Of a stretch of DNA of 64,000 bases, positions 37,815 through 46,402 are shown in pieces; position 1 is the stretch's first letter; every line of letters starts with the position of its first letter. This DNA comes from Bacteroidota bacterium. Its GTDB lineage: Bacteria; Bacteroidota; Bacteroidia; UKL13-3. The stretch spans positions 4,325 to 68,324 of the forward strand of contig JBAXCN010000004.1 in assembly GCA_037141455.1 (NCBI GenBank). Direction: 5' to 3'. A program made the translations under genes and the position numbers. The notes below the pieces were generated by a model. That model was not told where the DNA came from. It searched no databases and worked only from the letters and a program-made list of their open reading frames with translations.

Positions 37815-38041
37815 CGTGTAAATTTTTATCATAAACTTTTTAAATATTATTAACATTAATTTTTTAAGAAAATAACAAAAATATTTCAGTAAATCAATTG
37901 TTTAAGTTAAATAAAATAAAAATACATAATTAATAATTAACTAATTAGTAATAAACAAAACGTATTAAAATATATAAAAGTTTATTTTTTTGATAAAAAC
38001 TACTTTATTTGCAACCACATTAAAAATTAAATTATACTAAA

Positions 38042-38281
38042 ATGTCAGAAATTAAAGGAAAAGTAAAAACCATCATCATGGATAAACTTGGTGTTGAAGA
38101 AGCTGAAATTACAGACGAAGCAAGTTTTACAAACGACTTAGGAGCAGATTCATTAGATACTGTTGAGCTTATTATGGAATTTGAAAAAGAATTTAATATT
38201 GCTATACCTGATGATCAAGCAGAAAAAATTGGAACAGTTGGACAAGCTGTTAGCTACATTGAACAAAATGTAAAAGCATAA
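38042..38281 (+). CDS. acpP: Acyl carrier protein
   Basis: 79-aa ORF with the DLGADSLD phosphopantetheine attachment motif. Confidence 0.95.
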   Translation: MSEIKGKVKTIIMDKLGVEEAEITDEASFTNDLGADSLDTVELIMEFEKEFNIAIPDDQAEKIGTVGQAVSYIEQNVKA

Positions 38282-38329
38282 TTGCTTTTAAAAAAATTAA
38301 AAACGAACATCTCCCAAAACTAATCTCAA

Positions 38330-39583
38330 ATGCATAAACGCAGAGTAGTAATTACTGGCCTCGGGGCAATAACACCCATAGGTAACAGTTTGCAGGAGTA
38401 TTGGAATGGTTTATCAAATGGGGTAAGTGGCAGTGCGCCTATTACCCAATTTGATACCACCCATTTCAAAACAAAATTTGCTTGCGAAGTTAAAAATTTC
38501 GATCCAAATAAATTTCTCGACAAAAAAGATGCGAGAAGAATGGATAGATTTACCCAATTTGCCATGGTTACAAGCGATGAAGCTGTAACAGACAGTGGTA
38601 TAAATTTAGAAACAATTAATAAAGATAGAGTAGGAGTTATATGGGCATCAGGAATTGGTGGCTTAAAAACTTTTTTAGATGAAGTAACTGCTTTTGCAAA
38701 AGGAGATGGCGTACCTCGTTTCAGTCCTTTCTTTATTCCAATGATGATTGCAGATATTGCTGCAGGTTTAATTTCAATCAAGTACGGTTTCAGAGGTCCT
38801 AATTTTGCAGTTGTTTCTGCCTGTGCATCAAGCACTAATGCAATTGGAGATGCATTTATGTATATTCAATCAAATAGAGCCGACATGATTTTAACTGGTG
38901 GATCTGAAGCAGTAGTTAATGAAGCCGCAATGGGTGGATTTAATTCAATGAAAGCTTTATCTGAAAGAAACGATAGTCCTGAAACAGCTTCTAGGCCATT
39001 TGATGTGGATAGAGATGGATTTGTGTTAGGCGAAGGTGCTGGCGCTTTAATTTTAGAAGAATTAGAACATGCAAAAGCCCGAGGAGCTAAAATTTATGGT
39101 GAAATGGTAGGTTATGGTGCAACAGCCGATGCCTATCACATGACTGCTCCACACCCAGAAGGGATAGGCGCTGCCAATGTTATGAAAGCAGCATTATTAG
39201 ATGCAGGAATGCAACCTTCAGAAATTGATTATGTAAATGTTCATGGAACGTCAACACCATTGGGCGATCCGCAAGAAATAAAAGCCATACAAACTGTGTT
39301 TGGTGAACATGCTTTTAATTTAAATATTAGTTCTACCAAATCAATGACAGGTCATTTGTTGGGAGGAGCAGGTGCAATTGAAGCCATTGCTGGCTTGTTA
39401 GCAATAAATAAAGGAATTATTCCACCAACTATTAATCATTTTAACGATGATCCTGCTTTTGATCCGAGATTAAATTTAACATTTAATAAGGCTCAGCATA
39501 AAGAAGTAAAAGTGGTATTAAGCAACACATTTGGCTTTGGCGGACATAATGCTTCTGTTATAATAAAGAAATTTGAAGAATAA
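38330..39583 (+). CDS. fabF: Beta-ketoacyl-ACP synthase II
   Basis: 417-aa ORF with active-site ACASS, HGTST and GH..GAAG motifs. Confidence 0.95.
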   Translation: MHKRRVVITGLGAITPIGNSLQEYWNGLSNGVSGSAPITQFDTTHFKTKFACEVKNFDPNKFLDKKDARRMDRFTQFAMVTSDEAVTDSGINLETINKDRVGVIWASGIGGLKTFLDEVTAFAKGDGVPRFSPFFIPMMIADIAAGLISIKYGFRGPNFAVVSACASSTNAIGDAFMYIQSNRADMILTGGSEAVVNEAAMGGFNSMKALSERNDSPETASRPFDVDRDGFVLGEGAGALILEELEHAKARGAKIYGEMVGYGATADAYHMTAPHPEGIGAANVMKAALLDAGMQPSEIDYVNVHGTSTPLGDPQEIKAIQTVFGEHAFNLNISSTKSMTGHLLGGAGAIEAIAGLLAINKGIIPPTINHFNDDPAFDPRLNLTFNKAQHKEVKVVLSNTFGFGGHNASVIIKKFEE

Positions 39584-39585
39584 AA

Positions 39586-40440
39586 TTGGTTTCTTTTTTT
39601 ACTCTTTTTAAATATTATTTTTCAGATAATCGTGTTTTATATTTTAAAATAAAACAGATTACTGGATTATTTCCTATAAACTTAAGTTGTTACCAACAGT
39701 CGTTAAGGCACCATTCAATTGCAAGTAAAATACACCAAAATGGTAGTAAAAATAGCAATGAAAGATTGGAGTTTTTGGGCGATGCCATTTTAAATGCTGT
39801 AATCGCAGAATTTTTATTTAAAAAATATCCTTACAAAGACGAAGGATTTTTAACAGAACTACGGTCGAAAATAGTAAGTAGGGTTAGTTTAAATGATTTA
39901 GCTTTAAAAATTGGATTGAGCAAATTAGTTGAGTATGATAAAAAAAGCATGCAAAATATAAATGTTAGAAACAGTATTTTTGGCAATGCGTTAGAAGCTT
40001 TTATTGGTGCTATTTTTTTAGATAAAGGCTTCAAAAAATCGAAATATTTTATAATTGAAAAACTTCTCCGCTACCATATAGACGTAGATAAATTACAGCA
40101 AACTGAAAAAAATTTTAAAGGTAGATTAATTGAATTTACCCAAAAAAATGGATTAAGTTTAGATATGGATGTGAGTGAGATAACTCATGGCAAACAAAAA
40201 ATTTATAGAGTAGGTGCAATAATTAACAACATTCATTTTGGCAATTCGGAACATACAAATAAAAAGCAAGCTGAACAGCAAGCTGCCGAAAAAACATTAG
40301 AACTAGTTAAAAATTACAATTTTGAACCTGTGATTGAAAAAGAAGATTTGAAAAACGATCATGTTATCAATTCGGAAGATGAAATACCATTGGAAGAAGT
40401 TGAAGAAACAATAGAAAAAGAAGAAAGTATTGTAGAATAG
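39586..40440 (+). CDS. rnc: Ribonuclease III (with an acidic ~45-aa C-terminal tail)
   Basis: NERLEFLGDAIL signature, a dsRBD (NKKQAEQQAAEK) and conserved acpP-fabF-rnc order. Confidence 0.88.
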   Translation: MVSFFTLFKYYFSDNRVLYFKIKQITGLFPINLSCYQQSLRHHSIASKIHQNGSKNSNERLEFLGDAILNAVIAEFLFKKYPYKDEGFLTELRSKIVSRVSLNDLALKIGLSKLVEYDKKSMQNINVRNSIFGNALEAFIGAIFLDKGFKKSKYFIIEKLLRYHIDVDKLQQTEKNFKGRLIEFTQKNGLSLDMDVSEITHGKQKIYRVGAIINNIHFGNSEHTNKKQAEQQAAEKTLELVKNYNFEPVIEKEDLKNDHVINSEDEIPLEEVEETIEKEESIVE

Positions 40441-40469
40441 TTTTAACAATTAAAATATACAAGCAAACA

Positions 40470-41003
40470 ATGAACGAAAGTTTTCAGTTTTTTTTGGAAT
40501 TTATAAAATATTTATTGCCCGCATTAGTAATATTTTTGGTTGTTTACTATCAACAAAAAGCTTTTTTTGACGACAAGTACCAAAAAAGAATGCTTGATTT
40601 GCGGAAAGAACAAGATAAATCATTATTACCCTTAAAACTACAAGCGTATGAACGAATGATTCTTTTTATTGAAAGAATCAGTCCTGAAAGTTTAGTGATA
40701 AGAATTCATCAACCTGGAATTAGTGCTTCTCAATTAAAAATAGAGTTAATTGCAAGTATAAACCAAGAATTTAGTCATAATATTTCGCAACAACTTTATG
40801 TTTCAACTCAATGCTGGCAAATGGTTAGGGTTGTAAAGGAAGAAATGATAAATTTAATAAATATTGCTTACGCTAATTTAGGTCCAAATTGTGTTGGTAT
40901 TGATTTAAGCAAAGCAATTTTTGAAGAAATAATAAAAATGACCGAAACGCCAACTCACAAAGCATTGATTTTTATTAAACAAGAATTTGATTTAATGTTT
41001 TAA
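40470..41003 (+). CDS. Hypothetical membrane-anchored protein
   Basis: 177-aa ORF with one N-terminal TM helix and no recognisable motif. Confidence 0.45.
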   Translation: MNESFQFFLEFIKYLLPALVIFLVVYYQQKAFFDDKYQKRMLDLRKEQDKSLLPLKLQAYERMILFIERISPESLVIRIHQPGISASQLKIELIASINQEFSHNISQQLYVSTQCWQMVRVVKEEMINLINIAYANLGPNCVGIDLSKAIFEEIIKMTETPTHKALIFIKQEFDLMF

Positions 41004-41143
41004 TATAGAAATATAAATTACTAATAAATAGTAATTTACTTCAATTTATTTTTTTAATGTAGTACTTTATAATTTTAATAAGCAGTTTTTAAACTTATTT
41101 AAAAACTTAAAGTTTATTATTGCAGTTCACTTAAATTACAAAT

Positions 41144-42094
41144 ATGAAAGCTTTAATAGCTACAAACTTCTTTTTTCCGAAGCAAAAAAATTTTTATAGA
41201 GGAAAAGTAAGAGATGTTTACAATATAAACGATGATGTTTTGGTTATGATTGCAACCGACAGAATATCGGCATTTGATGTAGTAATGACCAAGGCAATTC
41301 CTTACAAAGGACAGGTACTTAACCAAACTGCGGCATTCTTTTTCGACTTAACTAAAAGTATTGTTCCTAATTGGATTATTTCAACTCCGCATACCAATGT
41401 AACAATTGGACATAAATGCATTCCTTATCAAGTAGAAATTGTAATTAGAGGTTACTTAACTGGCCACGCTTGGCGAGAATATAAAAGTGGCAAACGTAGT
41501 ATTTGTGGTATTGAAATGCCTGATGGTATGATAGAGAATCAAAAGTTTGAAACACCTATTATTACTCCAACCATAAAAGCTACAAGTGGGCACGATACAG
41601 ATATAAGTAAAGCCGAAATTATAGAAAAAGGTTTAGTAAATGCTGCCGATTTTGAACTAATAGAAAAATATACCCGAGATTTGTATGCATTTGGAACTGA
41701 TTTTGCTTTGAAACAAGGTTTAATTTTAGTTGATACCAAATACGAATTTGGAAACAAAAATGGCACTATTTATTTAATGGATGAAGTACATACTCCTGAT
41801 TCATCGCGTTATTTTTATGCCGATACTTACAACGAAATTCAAGCGAAGGATCAAAACCAACGACAATTATCGAAAGAGTTTGTTCGCCAATGGTTAATAA
41901 GCGAAGGATTTCATGGACAAGAAGGAGCTACAGCACCAATTTTTCCTGACGATTTAATAGATAACATTACAAACAGATATGTAGAGTTATACCAAAATAT
42001 TACTGGTAAGCAATTTGAAAAAAACGGCTACGATAACTTTGAAGACAATATGGAAAAAGTGATTGTTGCTGAATTAGAAAAAATATCTATTTAA
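41144..42094 (+). CDS. purC: Phosphoribosylaminoimidazole-succinocarboxamide (SAICAR) synthase, long form
   Basis: 316-aa ORF with GKVRDVY, ATDRISAFD and LVDTKYEFG motifs. Confidence 0.92.
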   Translation: MKALIATNFFFPKQKNFYRGKVRDVYNINDDVLVMIATDRISAFDVVMTKAIPYKGQVLNQTAAFFFDLTKSIVPNWIISTPHTNVTIGHKCIPYQVEIVIRGYLTGHAWREYKSGKRSICGIEMPDGMIENQKFETPIITPTIKATSGHDTDISKAEIIEKGLVNAADFELIEKYTRDLYAFGTDFALKQGLILVDTKYEFGNKNGTIYLMDEVHTPDSSRYFYADTYNEIQAKDQNQRQLSKEFVRQWLISEGFHGQEGATAPIFPDDLIDNITNRYVELYQNITGKQFEKNGYDNFEDNMEKVIVAELEKISI

Positions 42095-42096
42095 TT

Positions 42097-42555
42097 ATGT
42101 ACTTAAATAACGAGCACTTAAAATTGCTAAAAAGTGCCGAAGGAAAAATTCTTGAAAAAGTATATTACCATTTTTGGGTAAATAAGGCAAATCCGGAAGA
42201 CATATTCAGCTTTTTGGAATTTATTGAATTTCAATTTACAGATGAAGCCAAATTGATTCTTCAAAAAGCAGATGATGTAAACGATATGATTATTCCTGTT
42301 CCCTCACTTGATATTGCTTTATTGAACTATAATTTACAAATAGAATTTAATGGAAGCTTACAATATCAAACCCGCGATGCCAGTAATGGCAATGCTTGGA
42401 AAAACCTGATTGGATTTGAAATTGATGATGTTTTAGTAGAAGAAGACGATGGATTTTTTATTGCCGAAGCAATTATTATTGGAACCCACAAACACCAAAC
42501 CATTATTAGGTTAGAAAATGATGGATTAGAAGCAGAGGAGTATATTATAGAATAA
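42097..42555 (+). CDS. Hypothetical acidic cytoplasmic protein
   Basis: 152-aa ORF starting 2 nt after the purC stop. No recognisable motif. Confidence 0.4.
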   Translation: MYLNNEHLKLLKSAEGKILEKVYYHFWVNKANPEDIFSFLEFIEFQFTDEAKLILQKADDVNDMIIPVPSLDIALLNYNLQIEFNGSLQYQTRDASNGNAWKNLIGFEIDDVLVEEDDGFFIAEAIIIGTHKHQTIIRLENDGLEAEEYIIE

Positions 42556-42649
42556 AGATTTTTAACCAAACTATTTATTTTAGTTTTATTAGGCTGTATT
42601 TTATTTTAACTCTCAATTTTAATAATCAGTATGGAATTAAAAATCCATT

Positions 42650-42695
42650 AAAGTTATAATATCAAAATTTTATTAAAGTATTGAATATTAACCTT
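42650..42695 (+). repeat. 46-bp direct repeat, copy 1
   Basis: aaagttataatatcaaaattttattaaagtattgaatattaacctt, identical (46/46) to 44075-44120. Confidence 0.95.
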
Positions 42696-42935
42696 GTTGC
42701 CTAAGGTCGGTGTTTTCACCGACCAAATTAACGCATAGGTTGGTGAAAACACCAACCTCAGGTAGGAATTTTGTATTAACCGATTAAAGTTTTATCAAAG
42801 CATCACCAACAACTTTGAATAAACAAATTTTTACTTTGTTTTTTATTCTTTTATCCTGATGTTTACATCCAGAAAGTGAATTGTTCCGATTCCGCGGGAT
42901 TAACGCTTTGATGTGAGGGTACATTAATAAAAGAC

Positions 42936-43622
42936 ATGGTTTTTAAAAAAATAATTTGGCGGACAATTAAAATTTTAGGAATATTTTTTTTCCTAATTGC
43001 ACTCTATTTCATTTCAGCATTTGCACTTTCATCTATTCCTATAAATTCAGACTTTAAACAGTGTGAAAAGGATGCGGTGGAAATTCATATCCTTACCAAT
43101 GGGTTTCACACAGACCTAGTTCTTCCTTTCAAAAATCAATACATGGATTGGAGTAAATTAGTTAATCCATCGCAAACCAAATCGGGCGACTCTACGGCTC
43201 TTAATGTTGCATTTGGGTGGGGCGATAAAGGATTTTACCTACAAACCAAAACATGGGACGATTTGAAATTTAGCACCGCATTTAATGCATTATTTTATTT
43301 AAGTACTTCCGCCATGCATGTAACATTTTACAACAAACTGCAAGAAACCGAATCGTGCACAAAAATTTGTATTAGCAAGGAACATTACCTCAAATTAGTA
43401 AACTATATAAGCGAAAGCTTTAACTCAGATAGTTTAGGTATTCCTCAACAAATAACTGGAGCAGCCTATGGGTATAATGATTCATTTTACGAAACAAAAG
43501 GAAAATATAGTCTGTTTTTCACTTGTAATACTTGGGCAAATAATGGGTTAAAAAAAGCAGACCTTAAAGCATGTTTTTGGACACCATTTGATAGTGGAAT
43601 ATTTAAAAAATATAACCAATAG
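42936..43622 (+). CDS. TIGR02117/DUF2459-like protein
   Basis: 228-aa ORF with an N-terminal TM helix, GFHTDLVLP and a C-terminal F.CNTW motif, as I recall for this family. Confidence 0.45.
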   Translation: MVFKKIIWRTIKILGIFFFLIALYFISAFALSSIPINSDFKQCEKDAVEIHILTNGFHTDLVLPFKNQYMDWSKLVNPSQTKSGDSTALNVAFGWGDKGFYLQTKTWDDLKFSTAFNALFYLSTSAMHVTFYNKLQETESCTKICISKEHYLKLVNYISESFNSDSLGIPQQITGAAYGYNDSFYETKGKYSLFFTCNTWANNGLKKADLKACFWTPFDSGIFKKYNQ

Positions 43623-43862
43623 CAAAATAACTTAACCGAGTGTGTGTTTTTCTGTTTTTTTGCGAAGCGGCACCAACAGCACAGAAAAAATTTTACTATT
43701 CCACCAAGCCAATTAGTAATTAATTTTTGTTTTTAAAATGAACAAATAGCAAGTTTAATGACCTGCCAAGGCTCACTCAAAACCTTAATGCTACTAAAAA
43801 AACATTTTTGCTAACTCACACGCTAATAATTATAACTTTGTGCTAAAGGAAGCGACCATATT

Positions 43863-44021
43863 TTGAGAAGAATTTTAATAATTGATGACGAAGAAAAACT
43901 AAGAATTTTATTAGCAAGAATTATCAGCAAAGAGTTTGTAGAAGCGCAAGGCGGTTCAATAAAAGTGGAAAGTACTGAAGGAATTGGTAGCTCTTTTACT
44001 GTAACTTTAAATAAGGCTTAG
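43863..44021 (+). pseudogene. Two-component-system deletion chimera (response-regulator N-terminus fused to histidine-kinase C-terminus)
   Basis: Its 52 codons read LRRILIIDDEEKLRILLARIISKEFVEAQGGSIKVESTEGIGSSFTVTLNKA. The first ~20 aa look like a receiver-domain start and the last ~28 aa like a HATPase_c G2 box and C-terminus. There is no ATG. Confidence 0.6.
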
Positions 44022-44074
44022 TTTTTTTGTCAATTAAAAATCTTCTTAAGGTTGTTGAAAACACCAACCTCAGG

Positions 44075-44120
44075 CAAAGTTATAATATCAAAATTTTATT
44101 AAAGTATTGAATATTAACCT
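44075..44120 (+). repeat. 46-bp direct repeat, copy 2
   Basis: Identical to 42650-42695. It ends 26 nt upstream of the DUF2721 start codon. Confidence 0.95.
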
Positions 44121-44146
44121 TACTTTTACTTCCTTTAAAACTATTT

Positions 44147-44545
44147 ATGGAACTAACGCTAAATACACCTGCTATTTTATTTCCTGCCATTAGTTTACTA
44201 ATGCTGGCATATACCAATAGGTTTTTGGCATTGGCAGGTTTAATAAGGAACTTACATACCAAATTTTTAGTAAGCAGGGAAAATGAAAAAATAGTATTGG
44301 CACAATTAAAAAACTTAAGATTACGCATTAAATTAATAAAATATATGCAAGGCTTGGGAGTATTAAGTATATTTTTATGTGTACTTTGTATGGCTTTGCT
44401 TTATGTAAACTATTCGATAGTTGCCCAAATTATTTTTGGTGTTAGTTTATTGATTTTTTTAGCATCGTTAACACTTTCGTTAATTGAAATAAATATTTCG
44501 ACCAATGCATTAGAGCTAGAACTAAGCGATATGGAGGAACAGTAA
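44147..44545 (+). CDS. DUF2721 domain membrane protein
   Basis: 132-aa ORF whose N-terminal PAILFPAISLLMLAYTNRF and three TM helices match DUF2721 as I recall it. Confidence 0.55.
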   Translation: MELTLNTPAILFPAISLLMLAYTNRFLALAGLIRNLHTKFLVSRENEKIVLAQLKNLRLRIKLIKYMQGLGVLSIFLCVLCMALLYVNYSIVAQIIFGVSLLIFLASLTLSLIEINISTNALELELSDMEEQ

Positions 44546-44579
44546 ATTACCACCTAAACCCCAAAACACCTAAAAAAAA

Positions 44580-45251
44580 TTGAACTACCTATCACATTAT
44601 TATATAGATAACCAACCTGGCAATCTCTATTTTAATAGTGCATTGTTTTTACCCGATTTTGCTAGGAATTATACTCGAAGATTTGATAGTGAAATACAAG
44701 GATTAACTCCAAAAGAAACACAATTGCAATTGGGGTGTATGGCTCATTTAAATGCCGATAAATTATTCCATCCATCTAGTTTTTTTAAAAAATACAACGA
44801 AATTATAGCAGATGAATTAAGTAAATACAATGCATTGTTGCACATTCCAAGAAAATGGTTTTTGGCGCATATACTTTTCGAAATGTTGTTAGATAGGCTT
44901 ATAGTTAAATCGAATATTGCAATAGCACATCAATTTTATAACGATTTAGAAAATATTGATACTAAAATTTTAGAGAATTTCGTTTTACACTTTTCAAATA
45001 AAAATGTAGCACAATTAATTAAAAATTTTGAGCATTTTTGCATTGCAAAATATCTTTATGGTTATGCTCAAGACGAAAATTTTGTTTATGCTTTAAGCAG
45101 GGTGTTTAAAAGTGGTACAGGTTACGAAATGTCGTTAAATGATAAACTAGATTTAAAGAGATTTGTAATTTTAATTGAAGAAAAACATTTTAGTGAATGG
45201 AAGCTTGTTTTAAGTGAGTTGAATGAAGTGTTTAAGTGTTTAAGTGTTTAA
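44580..45251 (+). CDS. ACP phosphodiesterase (AcpH)-like protein
   Basis: 223-aa ORF with a TTG start. MNYLSHYY start, LPDFAR, a G....H...D..FH pattern and HILFEMLLDR resemble the AcpH/DUF479 layout. The assignment is weak. Confidence 0.4.
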   Translation: MNYLSHYYIDNQPGNLYFNSALFLPDFARNYTRRFDSEIQGLTPKETQLQLGCMAHLNADKLFHPSSFFKKYNEIIADELSKYNALLHIPRKWFLAHILFEMLLDRLIVKSNIAIAHQFYNDLENIDTKILENFVLHFSNKNVAQLIKNFEHFCIAKYLYGYAQDENFVYALSRVFKSGTGYEMSLNDKLDLKRFVILIEEKHFSEWKLVLSELNEVFKCLSV

Positions 45252-45290
45252 GTGTTTAAGTGATTAAGTGATTAAGTGATTAAGTGTTTT
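45211..45290 (+). repeat. TAAGTGWT octamer array (8 clean and 2 degenerate units)
   Basis: agtgttta x4, agtgatta x3 and agtgtttt at 45227-45290, preceded by taagtgag ttgaatga. The array encodes the last ~13 codons and the stop codon of the upstream CDS. Confidence 0.95.
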
Positions 45291-45336
45291 GGAAACTAGT
45301 AACTAAATCATGCAAGGCGTGAAAAAAATAAAAAAA

Positions 45337-46395
45337 ATGAAGAAAATATTATATTTAGTATTAACCCTAGTTGTAAGTAAAGCGAGCGTTGCTCAGTTAA
45401 AATATAGCAACGAATTTTTAAATTTAGGTGTTGGAGCCCGAAACTTAGCCATGGGAGGAGCAACAACTGCTAATGTAAGCGATGTAACAGCTGGCTATTA
45501 TAACCCCGCAGCTTTACTCCAAATGAAAGACAAATTTCAATTAATTGGTATGCGAAACAGCCAATTTGCAGGAATTTTAACTCACGATTACCTAGCAGGA
45601 GCATTTAAATTAAACGATAAATCGGTGGTGGCTTTATCTATCATTAGGGCAGGAGTTGACAATATTCCAAATACTTTATTTTTAATTAACAACAACGGAC
45701 AAATTGATTATACAAAAATCTCTAATTTTTCGGCAGTTGATTATGGTTTTATTGGCAGTTATGCCACCGAAACTAAATTTATAGAAAATTTGCAAATAGG
45801 CGGTAATGTAAAAGTAATTAGAAGAGTAATTGGTGAATTTGCAAATGCCTGGGGTTTTGGTATAGATGCAAGTGCTTTGTATACAGCCAAAAACTTTAAG
45901 TTTGGTGCTATCTTTCGCGATATTACCACTACTTTTAATGTTTGGAATTATACTTTTAACGAAGCTGAGAAAGAAAAACTCATTTCAACCGGCAATGCAC
46001 TGCCAAGTAATAATTTAGAACTTACTTTGCCCAAGTTTACTTTTGGTAGCAGTTACATAAAAGTTAAAAATTGGTTTTCGGTTATGGGGAGTATCGATTT
46101 TGATTTGTATACCGATGGACAAAGAAATACGGTTATTTCATCGAGCATTGTAAATATTGATCCTAGATTTGGTTTAGAACTAGGCTACAAAAAAATAGTA
46201 TTTCTAAGAGGTGGATTTAACAATTTTCAAAAAGTAAAAGATGTGGATGGTTCAAGTTCTTTCAATGCTTCGCCTGCTATTGGTGTTGGTTTAAAACTAA
46301 ACAAAATTGAATTGGATTATGCATTAGGAAATGCATTTAACAGTGGTTTATTAAGTTCAAGTAATATTATATCTTTAAAACTAATGATTAAGTAA
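45337..46395 (+). CDS. PorV/PorQ-family outer-membrane beta-barrel (T9SS-associated) candidate
   Basis: Signal peptide from the ATG at 45337. The N-terminal FLNLGVGARNLAMGGATTA....AGYYNPAAL resembles the PorV/LptO family opening motif, and the body is beta-barrel-like. Confidence 0.45.
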   Translation: MKKILYLVLTLVVSKASVAQLKYSNEFLNLGVGARNLAMGGATTANVSDVTAGYYNPAALLQMKDKFQLIGMRNSQFAGILTHDYLAGAFKLNDKSVVALSIIRAGVDNIPNTLFLINNNGQIDYTKISNFSAVDYGFIGSYATETKFIENLQIGGNVKVIRRVIGEFANAWGFGIDASALYTAKNFKFGAIFRDITTTFNVWNYTFNEAEKEKLISTGNALPSNNLELTLPKFTFGSSYIKVKNWFSVMGSIDFDLYTDGQRNTVISSSIVNIDPRFGLELGYKKIVFLRGGFNNFQKVKDVDGSSSFNASPAIGVGLKLNKIELDYALGNAFNSGLLSSSNIISLKLMIK

Positions 46396-46402
46396 TTTAT
46401 TT

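Noticed and set aside
37815-38041. 227-bp extremely AT-rich spacer upstream of acpP as a possible ncRNA or riboswitch.
   Set aside because: It has no stable helices or conserved-looking motifs. It contains only a near-consensus -7 box (TTTATTTG at 38004-38011), so it is most simply a promoter/UP region of a highly expressed gene.
38326-38835. 169-aa ORF antisense to fabF.
   Set aside because: It is a shadow ORF opposite a highly conserved gene. Its Ala/Pro/Ser-rich translation reflects the complement of fabF codons.
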